From Octopus vulgaris (taxonomy: Eukaryota): a DNA stretch of 64,000 nucleotides. Where the stretch lies: the NCBI GenBank assembly GCA_951406725.2, contig OX597814.1:166842001-166906000 (forward strand), given 5' to 3'. The translations under genes were made by a program, and so were the position numbers. The notes below the pieces were generated by a model. It searched no databases. It was not told the origin of the DNA and was given only the letters and a program-made list of their open reading frames with translations. Below are positions 39,838 to 53,839 of the stretch, in pieces. Each line of letters starts with the position of its first letter. Within the stretch, counting starts at the first letter, position 1.

Positions 39838-40070
39838 TCCCGTCGTATATGTGTGTGTTTGTGTGTGTCTGTGTTTGTCCCCCTCCACCGTTTGACAACC
39901 GATGTTGGTATATTTACGTCCCCACAACTTACGGTTCGGCAAAAGAGACCGGCAGAATAAGTACTAGGCTTACAAAGAATAAGTCTTGGGGTCGATTTGT
40001 TCAACTAAAGGCGGTGCTCCAGAATGGCCGCCGTCAAATGACTGAAACAAGTAAAAAGATAAAAGAATAA
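39838..40070 (+). mobile_element. SINE family A, 3' half
   Basis: CCCGTCGTATATG..TTGACAACCGATG..CTAAAGGCGGTGCTCCAG..ATGACTGAAACAAGTAAAA. Confidence 0.88.
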
Positions 40071-40084
40071 AATACTATATATAT

Positions 40085-40440
<356 letters not shown>

Positions 40441-42324
40441 GTTTTATGCTATTGCTTAATTTGTCTCCACAAAAATTATGTAATAGTACAACACTAATTG
40501 TGCATAAACCTATGGGGAACTGCGCTGAGGCAAATATTCTCACGGTGATGTGTAAAATACTTGCTTCTGATTGGTTAAAATACCCAAATTAGGCAAATTT
40601 TAAAGGCTAATAACTTTTTAATTATGGACTGATAGGAAAAATGATTTCCATTTTCATAATTAGTGTACAAAACTTAATCCATATACTAAATTTGAAAATA
40701 ATTGGAATAAAATTGTAAACAGTGGCGAAAACCATTAAGATCTCACAGTAATTTGTGGATAAAAATGATAGAAGTTACTTGTCGTCAGTTTATATTTCCA
40801 GTGAATTGATATCTTCACTGATATGCGATAGCGACCACAGTAACCGAGCATAAACGTCAGCATGCTAACAGTTCCTGCGTGTAATAAAGAAGCATTTTAG
40901 CTCTACTGGCTGTCCAATATTTTGTTGTTGTAGCTACATGAAATACTGATGCGAAGTGGATCGAGCTATGAACAGGTATAGCTGATGCAATAAGGTCAAT
41001 TCAAAAATTATTACTTCTACACAGTATATGATAAAAACAATGGATTGCAGAAACACGGAAAAACTTAACTATTAATCAAAAGAAATTGAAGAAGAAACAA
41101 AGTGCAGAACTAATGAAAGTGTTATTTGCAGTACTTATCCTCTGTTTCACAAACTGGTGCGGAACAGACCCAATACAGCGATTAATTATCGAGGTCAGCC
41201 ACGGAAAAACAAAAAAGTATGACCTCTGTTGAAATAAAATCACGAACACAGAATGAAGGGGATCTGTAGGGGCTCACATAAAGATTAAAGTTTGCTCTGG
41301 CTTGGTACTGTCTTAGTTCAGCATTAGACTGTAACGGTAAAATGACAAGAGTTATAACTAGTGACATATAATATCAAAAATATAAAAAAAGACAAGCTGG
41401 TAGAAAAAATAGCAAAGATGAAAAGTCAGTAATTCTTTATGCTGTGATTTATCCCTTGGTTAACCAAAATCATATTGTTCATACCATCTCGTCACTTTAA
41501 TGATATCTACACGACATTATTTGACGAATAATTCTATTTTTAGAATGTTATTTCTATCGGATATCGGATAGAGGGACTATATAGAGCCTCCCTACCAGTA
41601 GAATTATAGAGAGAGACGTAAGCCAAACCGGAAAGTTAATTATTGACGGATACAAGAAGAGAAAACACGTTCTTAACAATTTACATTATGTATTCCAGTC
41701 ACGCTTCGGTCTTATCATAGCCTTTACAGTGACTTCAACGTTGTAGCGATAGGGAAATCACTAAGGAAATAAGTATTAATGAATAAATACACAATACTGT
41801 CCATTTACCGCTGAAGCAAAATAAAGTTGGGCAGATAAAAAAAAAAAAAATATTAAGTGAAAAACATTAGAAAGCTGAATGTAGGACACATTAAAAAGTT
41901 AATCAGAAATATTTTTGCTGTGAGGAAGAGGAAAAATAAAACAGCATTAGCCATTGATTAATGTAATAAGATCAAAATATGTCTTAAGCATGTCCAAGGC
42001 TGACTCCTATGTTTGCCGAAATAATTAAAATAAGATTGTTGCTTTTTTTTTTCTCGCCGCATAATTATATCTTGTTCGCTTGTTAATATTCCCTGCATTA
42101 AACATGTCAACACAAACTATTGCATTATGTATTTTGTTCTTATTACTATTTGGCCTCAATTCTCCCACTCCAAGCCTTGACCATTCCATCTTTTTTGTAT
42201 ATTAATGACTATATGTTCTTCTATATCATTACTGTTAACTCATAACATAAAAAAAGTCCGATCAAATCTCACAACGGTCCACCGATTCGGCCACATTACC
42301 TTCCTTTAAAAACAGCAGCAATAA

Positions 42325-43262
42325 TTCTTTCTAATTTTGGTACCAGGCCAGCAGTGGTGAGGAGCGGATATTAGTCTATGCCTTTGACCACTAGTACTTT
42401 TATCGATCTTAGTGGGATTAAAGGTAAGGCTGATTTCTACGGAATTTCAATTCAGAACGTAAAGAGCATAACCAAATCCTCCAAGGCATTTTTTCCGGCA
42501 CCCCTCTATCGATTCTGCCGATCTACCACTCCAAATAATAGTTCCTGGTTTAGCTACAATCCCCTACAACTTTGAAGAGACGAGAAGAGTCAATGCCACC
42601 GACCCCAAAATTTGACTAGTATCTAATTAATTTTGTTCTCTCTGAAGTTGACCTCAGCGGAAGTTGAAATAGGAACGTAAAGAGGTGGAAGAAATAAGTA
42701 TTTTACTATTGGTTAGTTGTTGCTTATTCCAGCAAGTCGTCGATACAAATTAAGAATTTAAGGACTGGTACGAAGCAAACAAAAAGTCTTTTATACGAAA
42801 AGTAAAACAAAAAAAAATCTTTTTATCTCAGACCACAATATGTGGAACGATAGCAAAGCATAATTAAACCACTTTCAACATACATGCCGCGTAACAACAG
42901 AATAAATGGCAGAATGCTTATCAGCATTTTCTCCGACTTTACGTTCTGAGCTCAAATCCCACCAAGATGGAGCTTGTTTTTCATCCTTTCGGGGTCGATA
43001 AAATAAGTACCAGTTGAGCACCGGCGTCTTTCTCCCTTCCCCGAAACTGCTGACCTTGTGCCAAAATTTGAAACCAATATAAAGCGCCGTGTTGGCAGAA
43101 TCGTTAACACGTTGGGCAAAATGTTTAGCGACATTTCGTCCATCTTTACGTTATGGGTTCAAATTCCGTCGAGGTCAACTTTGCCTTTCATTGTATTTGG
43201 GTTGAGGAGACCGACTAGCCCTCTCCCCACAAATTCCAAGCCTTGTGCCTATAGTAGAAAGG

Positions 43263-43327
<65 letters not shown>

Positions 43328-43735
43328 CATAATTTACACAGACACTAAGTCAAAAATATTAAAGAATGGAATTATTCGATTAAATCGATCAAGTACTTGT
43401 CTGGTATTTTATTTTATCGACTCTGGAGGGATGAAAGGCAAAGATCTCGGTGGGATTTGAAAGCAGAAAATATAGAACAAATACAGCAAATCATTTCCCC
43501 GACTCTAACGTTTCAGCTAATCAATCGCCCTGAATACTTTCTTACTAAGACATAAGGCGAGAAATCTAGTGGGAGAGAACAGTCAATAATATCGGCTTCA
43601 GTACTAAGGCGGTGAGTCGATTTTGCCTTTCATCCTTTCAGTGTCGATAAAATAAGTACCAGTTGAGTACTCGGATCGTTGTAATCGACTCATTTCATCC
43701 CCCAAAATTGCTGGCCTTGTGCCAAAATTTGAAAG
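42325..43735. mobile_element. Cluster of diverged family B copies in both orientations
   Basis: B cores at ~42400 (-), 42980 (+), 43180 (+), 43420 (-), 43625 (+). Confidence 0.78.
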
Positions 43736-43807
43736 TACTATTGGCTTCAGCACTTGACTGTTATTTACTTTATTTTATCAATACCGGAAATGTAAATCCA
43801 CTACAAG

Positions 43808-44165
43808 GTCCAGTCCTTGTTGATGTGTGGTGGCTTGTGTGCATCAATGATCCCGAGAGCTATACCAGAGGAGTGCAAGGTCCAGGTAGGGCTTCCCATG
43901 CTGGACAGGACAAAGGATAGAGCCCAGACATGTATGAACCACCTCTCCTCCTAGGAAAAAGCAAAGCTACAGTAGAGTCGATGAGAATTCAACAAAACCT
44001 GAGAGAGAAAGACCTTCCCTCGGAGAGCAAAATGAGGCTGAATACTGAAGCAGAGCTAAACTGGTAGGGGTCCGATTGGAGAGATATAGAATACAGCCTA
44101 GAGATGAAAACGACGGAGAAAAGTTGTTGGTATATGATCCATAGGGAATGAAGGGCTTAAATATG
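43808..44165 (+). mobile_element. Non-autonomous RTE derivative (5' UTR joined to 3' end)
   Basis: CCTTGTT..GGCTTGTGTGCATCAATGATCCCGAGAGCTAT..GTAGGGCTTCCCATGCTGGACAGG resembles RTE/BovB 5' ends; ..GATGAAAACGACGGAGAAAAGTTGTTGG..ATGATCCATAGGGAATGAAGGGCTTAA resembles an RTE 3' end. Confidence 0.55.
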
Positions 44166-44610
44166 TAAGAAAAAGTAAATGGCAAAGTCGACCTCAGTAG
44201 GATTTGAAATCAGATAACAACAATGTGCAACTGAATACCACACGTGATTTATGTCCGAGTTTCTAATGATTCAACCAAATCATTTCCTTTCATGTCAGAA
44301 AGGCGGCAGCTAGGGAACATTTCAAAGACAAATCACTGAATGTGAGGGGTGTTTTACCAGGGTTTATGATAGGAAAACGGAAATAATAGCAGTAATAACA
44401 TTAATAATAAATATGAAACATTTGGAAACTCGAATGCCAGTGCGAGTAGGCATTGCACGTGGTTAGTTTTGACATTGTAAGTAGAGAACCAGAGAGGAGG
44501 AGAAAAAAAAAAAAAAACTGAAGCCAAGTGGAAGATTTGTAGATCGTTGGAGACAGTTGGTCGCTGTGTTTCAACTGACAAAATAAGTCTCTTTAGTGAG
44601 CACAAGAATA

Positions 44611-44667
<57 letters not shown>

Positions 44668-44681
44668 TATACATACATACA

Positions 44682-44752
<71 letters not shown>

Positions 44753-44951
44753 GTATATAACGGTCAGGATCAATACTTTTGATACAATAGGATCTAATAG
44801 CAACACAACGATTATTTGATGGGTTTTCCTGCGAAACACATTTGCACACATTTTTTTTTCACATAGACACACATAAACACACAAGGACACTCACACACAA
44901 ACACACACACACAGACACGTACGCCTACATAGACATATACATGCACACACA

Positions 44952-45031
<80 letters not shown>

Positions 45032-45122
45032 CATATAGTGAAAAACACAAAAAACGAAATACAAAAAACAAGACGGGATAAGTTCAGAATCAATGTTACT
45101 AGCTTGACGCTCTAGGGTATAT

Positions 45123-45260
<138 letters not shown>

Positions 45261-45871
45261 CATACCTAAATGCATATACATATATATATATATATATATA
45301 AATACATGCACCTATACATGTAGATATGTATGCGTATGAATGCAAGTATGTATATACGTATATATGTATGTATGTATATATATATATATATATACCGAGA
45401 GAGAGAGAGAGAAAGAGAGAGAGTTCTACGATTATGTAACAGCTTATACCGATATGCAAATATAAGCTTATAAACAAAATATACTTTAGTTTCTCTCCTT
45501 CTTACAGACCCATCTTTGTATACATACACGCCAAAAGACATTATATGCCTGTGTATAAAGATATCCTCCCTGCTCATATATATATTATGCATGTGTAAAT
45601 AAGCACATACATTCTTTTATTCTTTAATTGGTTTCAGTCTGTTTACTGCGGCAATGCTTTGTCTTCAGAAATTTCAGTCGATCAAATCTACCCTAGAACT
45701 CATCTAAGTATAACGGCTATTTTATCGACCTTATTAATCGAATGGCTATGTCCAGCGACATAAGGGGCCGCTACAAGATACATAATCATACGCAGGTACA
45801 CAAAAATACAGGTAAAGTCTTAAACATATATGTATACATACATATGTGTGTGTGAGTGTGTGCCTGTGTGC

Positions 45872-46122
45872 GTGAAAGGTAGGAGAGTCCAGTTTGCTGG
45901 ACATTGTTGTAGAGCTGAAAACGAGACAATTTCTACTCTTCTCCTCTGGAAGCCATCTACTCGCAATACCAGAGGGCGCACACTTTCCTACCCTGATGTA
46001 ATCTCCAGGGATACAGGCATCCAGCAACAGGACCTCCGTAATGCCATGATGGACCGTGAAGTCTGGCGTAGCATGGTAAATTCCATTGTCTCGACCATGG
46101 TCGAACAATGATGACGATGATG
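45872..46122 (+). mobile_element. RTE-clade LINE 3' end, 5'-truncated
   Basis: VKGRRVQFAGHCCRAENE.ISTLLLWKP..RGRTLSYPDVISRDTG..LRNAMMDREVWR..* followed by a (GAT)n tail. Confidence 0.9.
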
Positions 46123-46225
46123 TGTGCGTGTATATGTATGTGTTTGCGTGTGAGTCCAATGAAGGCTAGCAGGCTAAAACTTCGAAGTTACTGTCACCAA
46201 TCTTCTTGTAAAAATATAATAAATA

Positions 46226-46630
46226 GGCGCAGGAGTGGCTGTGTGGTAAGTAGCTTGCTTACCAACCACATGGTTCCGGGTTCAGTCCCACTGCGTGGCA
46301 TCTTGGGCAAGTGTCTTCTGCTATAGCCCCGGGCTGACCAATGCCTTGTGAGTGGATTTGGTAGACGGAAACTGAAAGAAGCCTGTCGCATATATGTATA
46401 TATATATATGTGTGTGTGTGTTTGTGTGTTTGTGTTTGTCCCCCTAGCATTGCTTGACAACCGATGCTGGTGTGTTTACGTCTCCGTCACTTAGCGGTTC
46501 GGCAAAAGAGACCGATAAAAGAAGTACTGGGCTTACAAAGAATATGTCCCGGGGTCGAGTTGCTCGACTAAAGGCGGTGCTCCAGCATGGCCGCAGTCAA
46601 ATGATTGAAACAAGTAAAAGAGTAAAAGAG
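46226..46630 (+). mobile_element. SINE family A, full length
   Basis: GGCGCAGGAGTGGCTGTGTGG head to GTAAAAGAGTAAAAGAG tail. Confidence 0.95.
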
Positions 46631-47147
46631 TATGTACTAAATATGTAATATATGTACAAATATGTAACATACGTAATAAATATGTACAAAAAGTATTGAG
46701 TAATTTTTCAGTTCACTGTTTCTTTTATTATAACTCGATACAAAAACAAACATTAACACCCCACCTGGCAAGCACACACCCATACACATATATACATAGT
46801 GTGCGCGTGCAGGCGCGCTATTTGTGTGCCTACATATCAGTGAAAGCCGCAAAAATCTCTCCCTGGTCACTTTCGTTATTGCTTTATGCCGTTAATCCGT
46901 GATTGGTTTGCTGGGGGACGTATAACTTTGTATGCAGTTTTATATATCTAATGTTTTAAACGCGCACTTATTGAATTATCTCACAGAAGCCCCCCCCCCC
47001 CAGGTGAGATCATTCATTGTTAATTCGAGCTCTCGTGGTGTGTTCACATACACACATGCGCACATACATACACATGCACACACATATATACATACAGATA
47101 CATATGCGTATATAATCAAAGTAAGCAACAAGGATATCCAAAGGTAG

Positions 47148-47235
47148 TGTAGTACAATCGTTTCATGCTACTTCATTTAATTAAACAATGTAAGTATTAC
47201 TTCAGTTTTAAAATGTAGAGCACTCTTCAGCCACA
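47148..47235 (-). ncRNA. Minimal type I hammerhead-ribozyme-like motif, probably within a Penelope-like terminal repeat (~47110-47460)
   Basis: Minus strand: stem I TGTGG, core CTGAAGA, stem II GTGCT..AGCAT, GAAA, stem III C-GATT-G, cleavage triplet GTA, stem I CTACA. Confidence 0.6.
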
Positions 47236-47495
47236 TATGGAATTTTTAAAATTAAATTGACAATGTTCATTTTTATACTTATTCCATTTGCCAACATTAC
47301 AAAGAGGGTAGATATATAGAAAGAGAGGTGAATTTCATCAGTAAAAACATGGTAGGAGAAGATCTTTCCTCATGGACAGATTCTTTATCACTGAGTGGAT
47401 AATACCATACCACATTCTGGTGCCTTTAACTTAAGTACCATATTCATCTGAATCAAAATGTTTGCATATGCATATATATGTATGTTTCTATATAC

Positions 47496-47532
<37 letters not shown>

Positions 47533-47534
47533 TT

Positions 47535-47566
<32 letters not shown>

Positions 47567-47584
47567 GTATATATATATATTATA

Positions 47585-47653
<69 letters not shown>

Positions 47654-47666
47654 GATTATATATATA

Positions 47667-48042
47667 GGCGCAGGAGTGGCTGTGTGGTAAGTAGCTTGCT
47701 AACCAACCACATGGTTCCGGGTTCAGTCCCACTGCGTGGCATCTTGGGCAAGTGTCTTCTGCTATAGCCCCGGGCCGTAGATTTGGTAGACGGAAACTGA
47801 AAGAAGCCTGTCGTATATATGTATATATATATATATAAGTGTGTGTGTTTGTGTGTCTGTCCCCCTTGACAACCGATGCTGGTGTGTTTATGTCCCCGTC
47901 ACTTAGCGGTTCGGCAAAAGAGACCGATAGAATAAGTACTGGGCTTACAAAGAATAAGTCCCGGGGTCGATTTGCTCGACTAAAGGCGGTGCTCCAGCAT
48001 GGCCGCAGTCAAATGACTGAAACAAGTAAAAAAAATAAAAAA
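47667..48042 (+). mobile_element. SINE family A, same subfamily as 46226, with small internal deletions
   Basis: Shares diagnostic GGCATCTTGGG, GCTATAGCCCCGGG, GTCACTTAGC, TACTGGGCTTAC with the 46226 copy. Confidence 0.93.
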
Positions 48043-48104
48043 ATATATATATATATATATAGTATTATGTATGTATGTATTTATGTAGACGGATTAGAAG
48101 CGCT

Positions 48105-48536
48105 TTCAAATATGCTTTAGGTATATTCGAACACGTAAGAAAACTATCCACTGTATTTTTGTCGCGGAGAAAATTTCTTGCCGTAGACATATAACTTTAA
48201 ACGCACCAAATCAGTTCGAAGCTCTTCAACCTGACTGATTCACGGAACCATTTGGGAGTAGTTATTTCCTCTTCAGCATCAGGCACTAGAAAGGCGTAGC
48301 GCTGGAATTGAATAAGAGAGGGATCTCTCTTATTATATTCCAGTCAGTGTACGGTGACTAGTTGCGCTAACTGGCGCCTCGGCCGTAATAAAATACGTAT
48401 TAGAAGCGCCAAGCAGTTATGTCTGTAAATATAAACTTGTTAACCACTTCAAATATGCTTGAAGTATATTCGAACCCGTAAGGCAGCCATTCACTGTATT
48501 TTTGTTATGGAGGAAATTTCTCACCGTAGATAAATA
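48105..48536. repeat. Pair of ~88-bp diverged direct repeats enclosing a central hairpin
   Basis: TTCAAATATGCTT..GTATATTCGAAC.CGTAAG..CACTGTATTTTTGT..CCGTAGA at 48105-48193 and 48448-48536; hairpin at 48302-48343. Confidence 0.8.
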
Positions 48537-50299
48537 TGTAAGAAATTTTCAAAATGGTCAACAATTATTCTGCGTACTAGATTCAACTTTCTCAAGCTAC
48601 CATTCTCTGGCGAAACACAGATATATCTAAATGATAAAAATAATTGTTATTGTTATTGTTTGTGTTGTTTACGCCGCCGCTGCCGTCATTGTCGTCGTAG
48701 TCGTAGTCTTCGTTGTTGTTGTTGTTGTTGTTGTTTAGATCCCAGGCCAACCTCGATCGAGAAAAAAATGAACAACAAAGTTCCCGCTTTGTCTATGATA
48801 TTTTTTCTTTGGTTTTCTTTTTTTCTTTTTAGTGTATATATATAGTTATATTATGTCATGTTTCTTTTCTTCCTTTAAGACGTTAGAGTGATTGTAAGGA
48901 GATTTAGTCGCCTTTCCAGATCGAGCGACAGCGTTAAACTGTATTAATGATAGTGATGGTAAACAAGAGAAGGTGAATTTTGATAATGTACGTTTTTAAA
49001 GTTTGCTTATTAACCTTTTAGTTGCGTAATTAAATTCCATGGTCATCCCTGTAATGATGTTAATCATCTACCAAAAAAAGAAAAAAAAAAACAGAACTGC
49101 TATATTCTGCTTCGGCAATACTCTTTCAGTTTGTCTTGTAGATATGGTTTTCATATCCACCAGTAAAAGTATCTGATTCTCAATCTGTAAAGAAGTATTT
49201 GACGAAATATGTGAAAAAATTAAGAAAATCTGAAAAATTGTCTCTATAAAACGTGTCACTGGAAGTGTTTCCATTTTTGTAACACAAGGATAGGTTTCTT
49301 TTTTGTTTTTGTTTTTTTTTCAAATCTGTTGGATAAACCCACTTTCCGCAAACGATAAAAAAAATTTGGAGTGGATATATCTTTATTCGGCGTTGAAAGG
49401 GTTGATGTATTCGGTTCTCCTGAAATAAATGAGAGCGTTGATATTAATGATAGTATGCGAAAGGGAATTTTTTTTTAGAACGTATGCTATCTATTAAAGA
49501 TTGTTTATTAATATACTCACCTATCAAATATATTCAGTATTGAACCAGAGTTTTGCACTTAATTTAATTTTGAAGTAAATTTCTGTACTCTTTTGATGAA
49601 ATGAACTTGGTCAAGTCGTACATGAGTTAATGATTAATCACATCGGTAGCATCTAGTTCGAAATTGATTTTCTGATAGTAAGGTCTTAATGTCTTGGTAT
49701 CATTGAGAAATAATCAATTCTACTAGATTCATGTTTCGACCATACTAGATGTCTTCTTTATTCAATAGACAACAAATAATAATCAAGTTTCCTGTATAAT
49801 CATTGTCCTCATCTCAACATCTGCAAACTTCACCCAAGACAAATGACTAACGTAACTTTTATTTCAACAAAGAAATAACATAATGTAATAGAGTAATGAC
49901 AAAACAAACATATCTAGTTTTCAATACATACTAATCCATCTAAATAAAGTATATAAAAATCACTAAAAAAAACCCTAATTGAGCAACAATACAGAGACGT
50001 GCCGTTACATAATTTTAGCCTATATTTGTTCCATCCGTTGTTTCTTTCCTCTGTTAAAGACCTTAATGGATTTTTATTATACGAGTTCCGTATAAAGTAT
50101 CTGTAATGTTTGTATAAATATGTTTGATATCTAATACAAATTCAATAACGTTTCCAAGCACTGAAAGATAACAATTTTCTAAAATAGTGAAGTAGTGAAG
50201 CATATGAAAGTAAGTTTTAGGTTTTCTTCTATTTTAGCTTACAGTTATAAGAGTAAACTCTAGTCTATGTATGTATGTATGTATGTATGCATGCATGCA

Positions 50300-50386
<87 letters not shown>

Positions 50387-51996
50387 TTATATACATGTAT
50401 GTATATTTTATAACTTGATAGAACAAAGAATGGTGAAATGCATGCCAAGGCCAGATTTGTGAAAAAAGAAACGAAAAAATCTTATGATTAAAGTACTATC
50501 GTTCTTCATATGAAGAAAAAGATCAAAAGTAAACCAGAATATTTGAAACATGAATTATTCATTGAGCAAATCCTGGCACCGGTCAATATTGATCATAAAC
50601 TTCAAACTTCTTAACTAAACAATCTTCTATAATTACCATTTGTTGATAAGAGTGATGAGGTGCAGTAGCATAGAAGTTATTGACATCAATCACTTATGGT
50701 GCCTTTAAATATCGAACTAATCTAAAAGAAAGTATATTTATCAAAATGCAGTGGCTCGTTAAAAATGTACACAACTTCTTTTCATACTTTTTTTATAATT
50801 AGGTTAGTTTTATCATTTTTTTTTTACAAATATTTCCACATTTAAAACATATAGGATCCATTCTATTCATTAAAACCTCTCCTTCTAAGTAGGCATGGCA
50901 GTATGCTACCATATAAGCATACGTAAGAAAGGAAACTTTGTTGTTGCCACTCTAGTGCTCCAACTCTATAATTCCTAAGATAAAAAAAATAAGACGAATT
51001 CCCATAACGTCTTAAATTTATCTTCGACCTCAGTAATTAACCAATAATAGTTTCAAGTTACCACATTAGCTGATAGTCTACTCCCTTATGTGATAAAAAC
51101 TAGTTCTAGCAGAAACCCCCCCCCCCCCAAAAAAAAAAACTGAAATCAAAACCGTTATAATCAATATCAGAAAGCGCTTTTATAGTTTAAGCGCTTTCTT
51201 TTCTCTTTTAGTCTAAACACTCTTATTAGATTCATTTCAATAGTAATCCCTTAATCCCGAATACTATTAGAATCTAGAGGGATCCGTTATCTCCACCCAT
51301 TTATATACTTTGTTAAAGATCGTGCAGCAAGGAGAGTTGGCTGAATCGTTAGCACCTCGGACAAAAATACTCAGCAGCATTTCTTTCGACTCCTTACGTT
51401 CTGAGATCAAATTCCACCGAGGTCAACTTTGCCTTTCTTCCTTTCGGGATGGATCAAATAAGAAACATTTGAGCACTGGAGTCGAGGTAATCGATTATTC
51501 TCCCACCTGTGTTTTTGGTCTGGTGCATGCCTATATTAGAGAGGATTCGTTATCTTGAAGTTGTCATTCCGCATACGCATTTTTAAAAGAGCTCTCTACT
51601 CTCTTTCATCCTTCAGTCTCCACATTTTATCAGCTGCTAATATCATCACATTCCACCAATTATTCTTTAGTTTTCAGTTTAATATAGATATCATAAAAGT
51701 TATAAAACAGAGATCTTATAACTTTTATGATATCCAGACTAATGTTATTTCTTTCGTGGAAAATAATCATTTCAGTTTTATTACTTGCAGACAACACTGA
51801 TTAAAGGATCTCAATGACTATAATTACTAATATTCCTTGATACTGCTGTAGATTTGTATAATCTAGCTTTGGCTTGACAATCAAGAAATACTTAATCTGG
51901 AGGCAGCTGCTTTTAAGGCCGAAATGCACCAGACAAATGACTCTTGCATTTATATGTAAAATAGTATAACTTTGATCAATGAAATCTAACTTAATA

Positions 51997-52412
51997 TATT
52001 TCTTTACTACCCACAAGGGGCTAAACATAGATGGGACAAACAAGGACAGACAAAGGGATTAAGTCAATTACATCGACCCCAGTGCGAAACTGGTACTTTA
52101 TTTATCGACCCCGAAAGGATGAAAGGTTAAGTCGACCTCGGCGGAATTTGAACTCACAACGTAACGGCAGACGAAATACCTATTTCTATTTCTTTACTAA
52201 CCACAAGGAGCTAAACACAGAGAGGACAAACAAGGACAGACACACGGATTAAGTCGATTACATCGACCCCAGTGCGTAACTGGTACTTATTTAATCGACC
52301 CCAAAAGGATGAAAGGCAAAGTCGACCTCGGCGGAACTTGAACTCGGAACGTAACAGCAGACGAAATACCGCTAAGCATTTCGCCCAGTGTGCTAACGTT
52401 TCTTCCAGCCTT
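51997..52412 (-). mobile_element. SINE family B dimer
   Basis: Two units; flanking TGAAATCTA(A/C)CT(T/C)AATA at 51980-51996 and 52415-52431. Confidence 0.92.
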
Positions 52413-52803
52413 CCTGAAATCTACCTCAATATCCACAAGCCAGAAAAAGTTTTATATCTTTCTTGTCATAGCTCTGTGATCTCTTTTTACCTTTCCTACT
52501 GAACTATACTGTTCCAAATGTTTACTTCTATCTTAACGTATCTGTTGTGCCATTTCTCTGATTTTCTTCCACCTACGTCGTTTCATTCCCTAAACATCGC
52601 TCAAATAGTCTTACGAGAATGTCATCTTAGAAACACACTAACTGCATTCGTTCAACCATTCATCTCACTCATTAAAAGAACTTATTTGAGAGGGACCCTC
52701 TCCTTGACATAGGCAATAATGATACAAGTGACCCTTTGATTTTCATATACCTACAAGAAATGTCCCTCTTAAAAAAGAAAGGTATATCAGATAATGTAGT
52801 TCT

Positions 52804-53230
52804 TATTTCTTTATTACCCCACAAGGGGCGAAACACAGAGGGGACAAATAAGGACAGACAAATGGATTAAGTCGATTACATCGACCCCAGTGCGTAACTG
52901 ATACTTAATTTATCGACCCCGAAAGGATGAAAGGCTAAATCGACCTCGGCGGAATTTGAACTCAGAACGCAGCGGCAGACGAAATACCGCTAAGCATTAT
53001 TTCTTTATTATCCACAAGGGGCGAAACACAGAGGGGACAAATAAGGACAGACAAATGGATTAAGTCGATTACATCGACCCCTGTGCGTAACTGATACTTA
53101 ATTTATCGACCCCGAAAGGATGAAAGGCAAAGTCGACCTCGGTGGAACTTGAACTCAGAACGTAACGGCCGACGAAATACCGCTAAGCATTTCGCCCGGC
53201 GCGCTAACGTTTCTGCCAGCTCGCTGCCTT
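52804..53230 (-). mobile_element. SINE family B dimer
   Basis: Two units; perfect TSD ATAATGTAGTTCTT at 52791-52804 and 53231-53244. Confidence 0.93.
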
Positions 53231-53647
53231 ATAATGTAGTTCTTGATTACATTATCAAGATGGACTGACCATAGCTGGTCTCCTGTCGCCATAGTTCGGT
53301 TTGATCGCGTTTCGCTTTGAGATTAAACAACATAGGTAACGACTTTCCAGTATAACGACATTTCAAAAAATTAAAATGTGTTTCTCCGACGTGAAACACG
53401 CCTCCCACCATGATGAGGTTCTGCTTAGAATGAATCCGATAGCTGGGGAGCAGTAAAATTTGTTTACTACGTAGCCTGGTTGCATCCCTGACCAACTTGA
53501 AACCGATTCCCATTGTGAACAATGATTACTAAAGCCATTTAGTTCTAGTTTCAGGAAAAAGTTTTATTTCTTTCTCATTTAATAAAGTTGCTCCGTCATT
53601 TTGTTTTAATTTCCCCTTTTCTCTTCCTCTCCTTTCTCGCGTTTTAA

Positions 53648-53704
<57 letters not shown>

Positions 53705-53808
53705 CCACTCCTCTCTTTTCAGGGTATCAAGGAACTAGCGTTCAAGATAAAGCTTTAGATGAAAATTTAAATTCAGTTGAAAGTATTGTATGTATGTATG
53801 TATTTATG

Positions 53809-53839
<31 letters not shown>

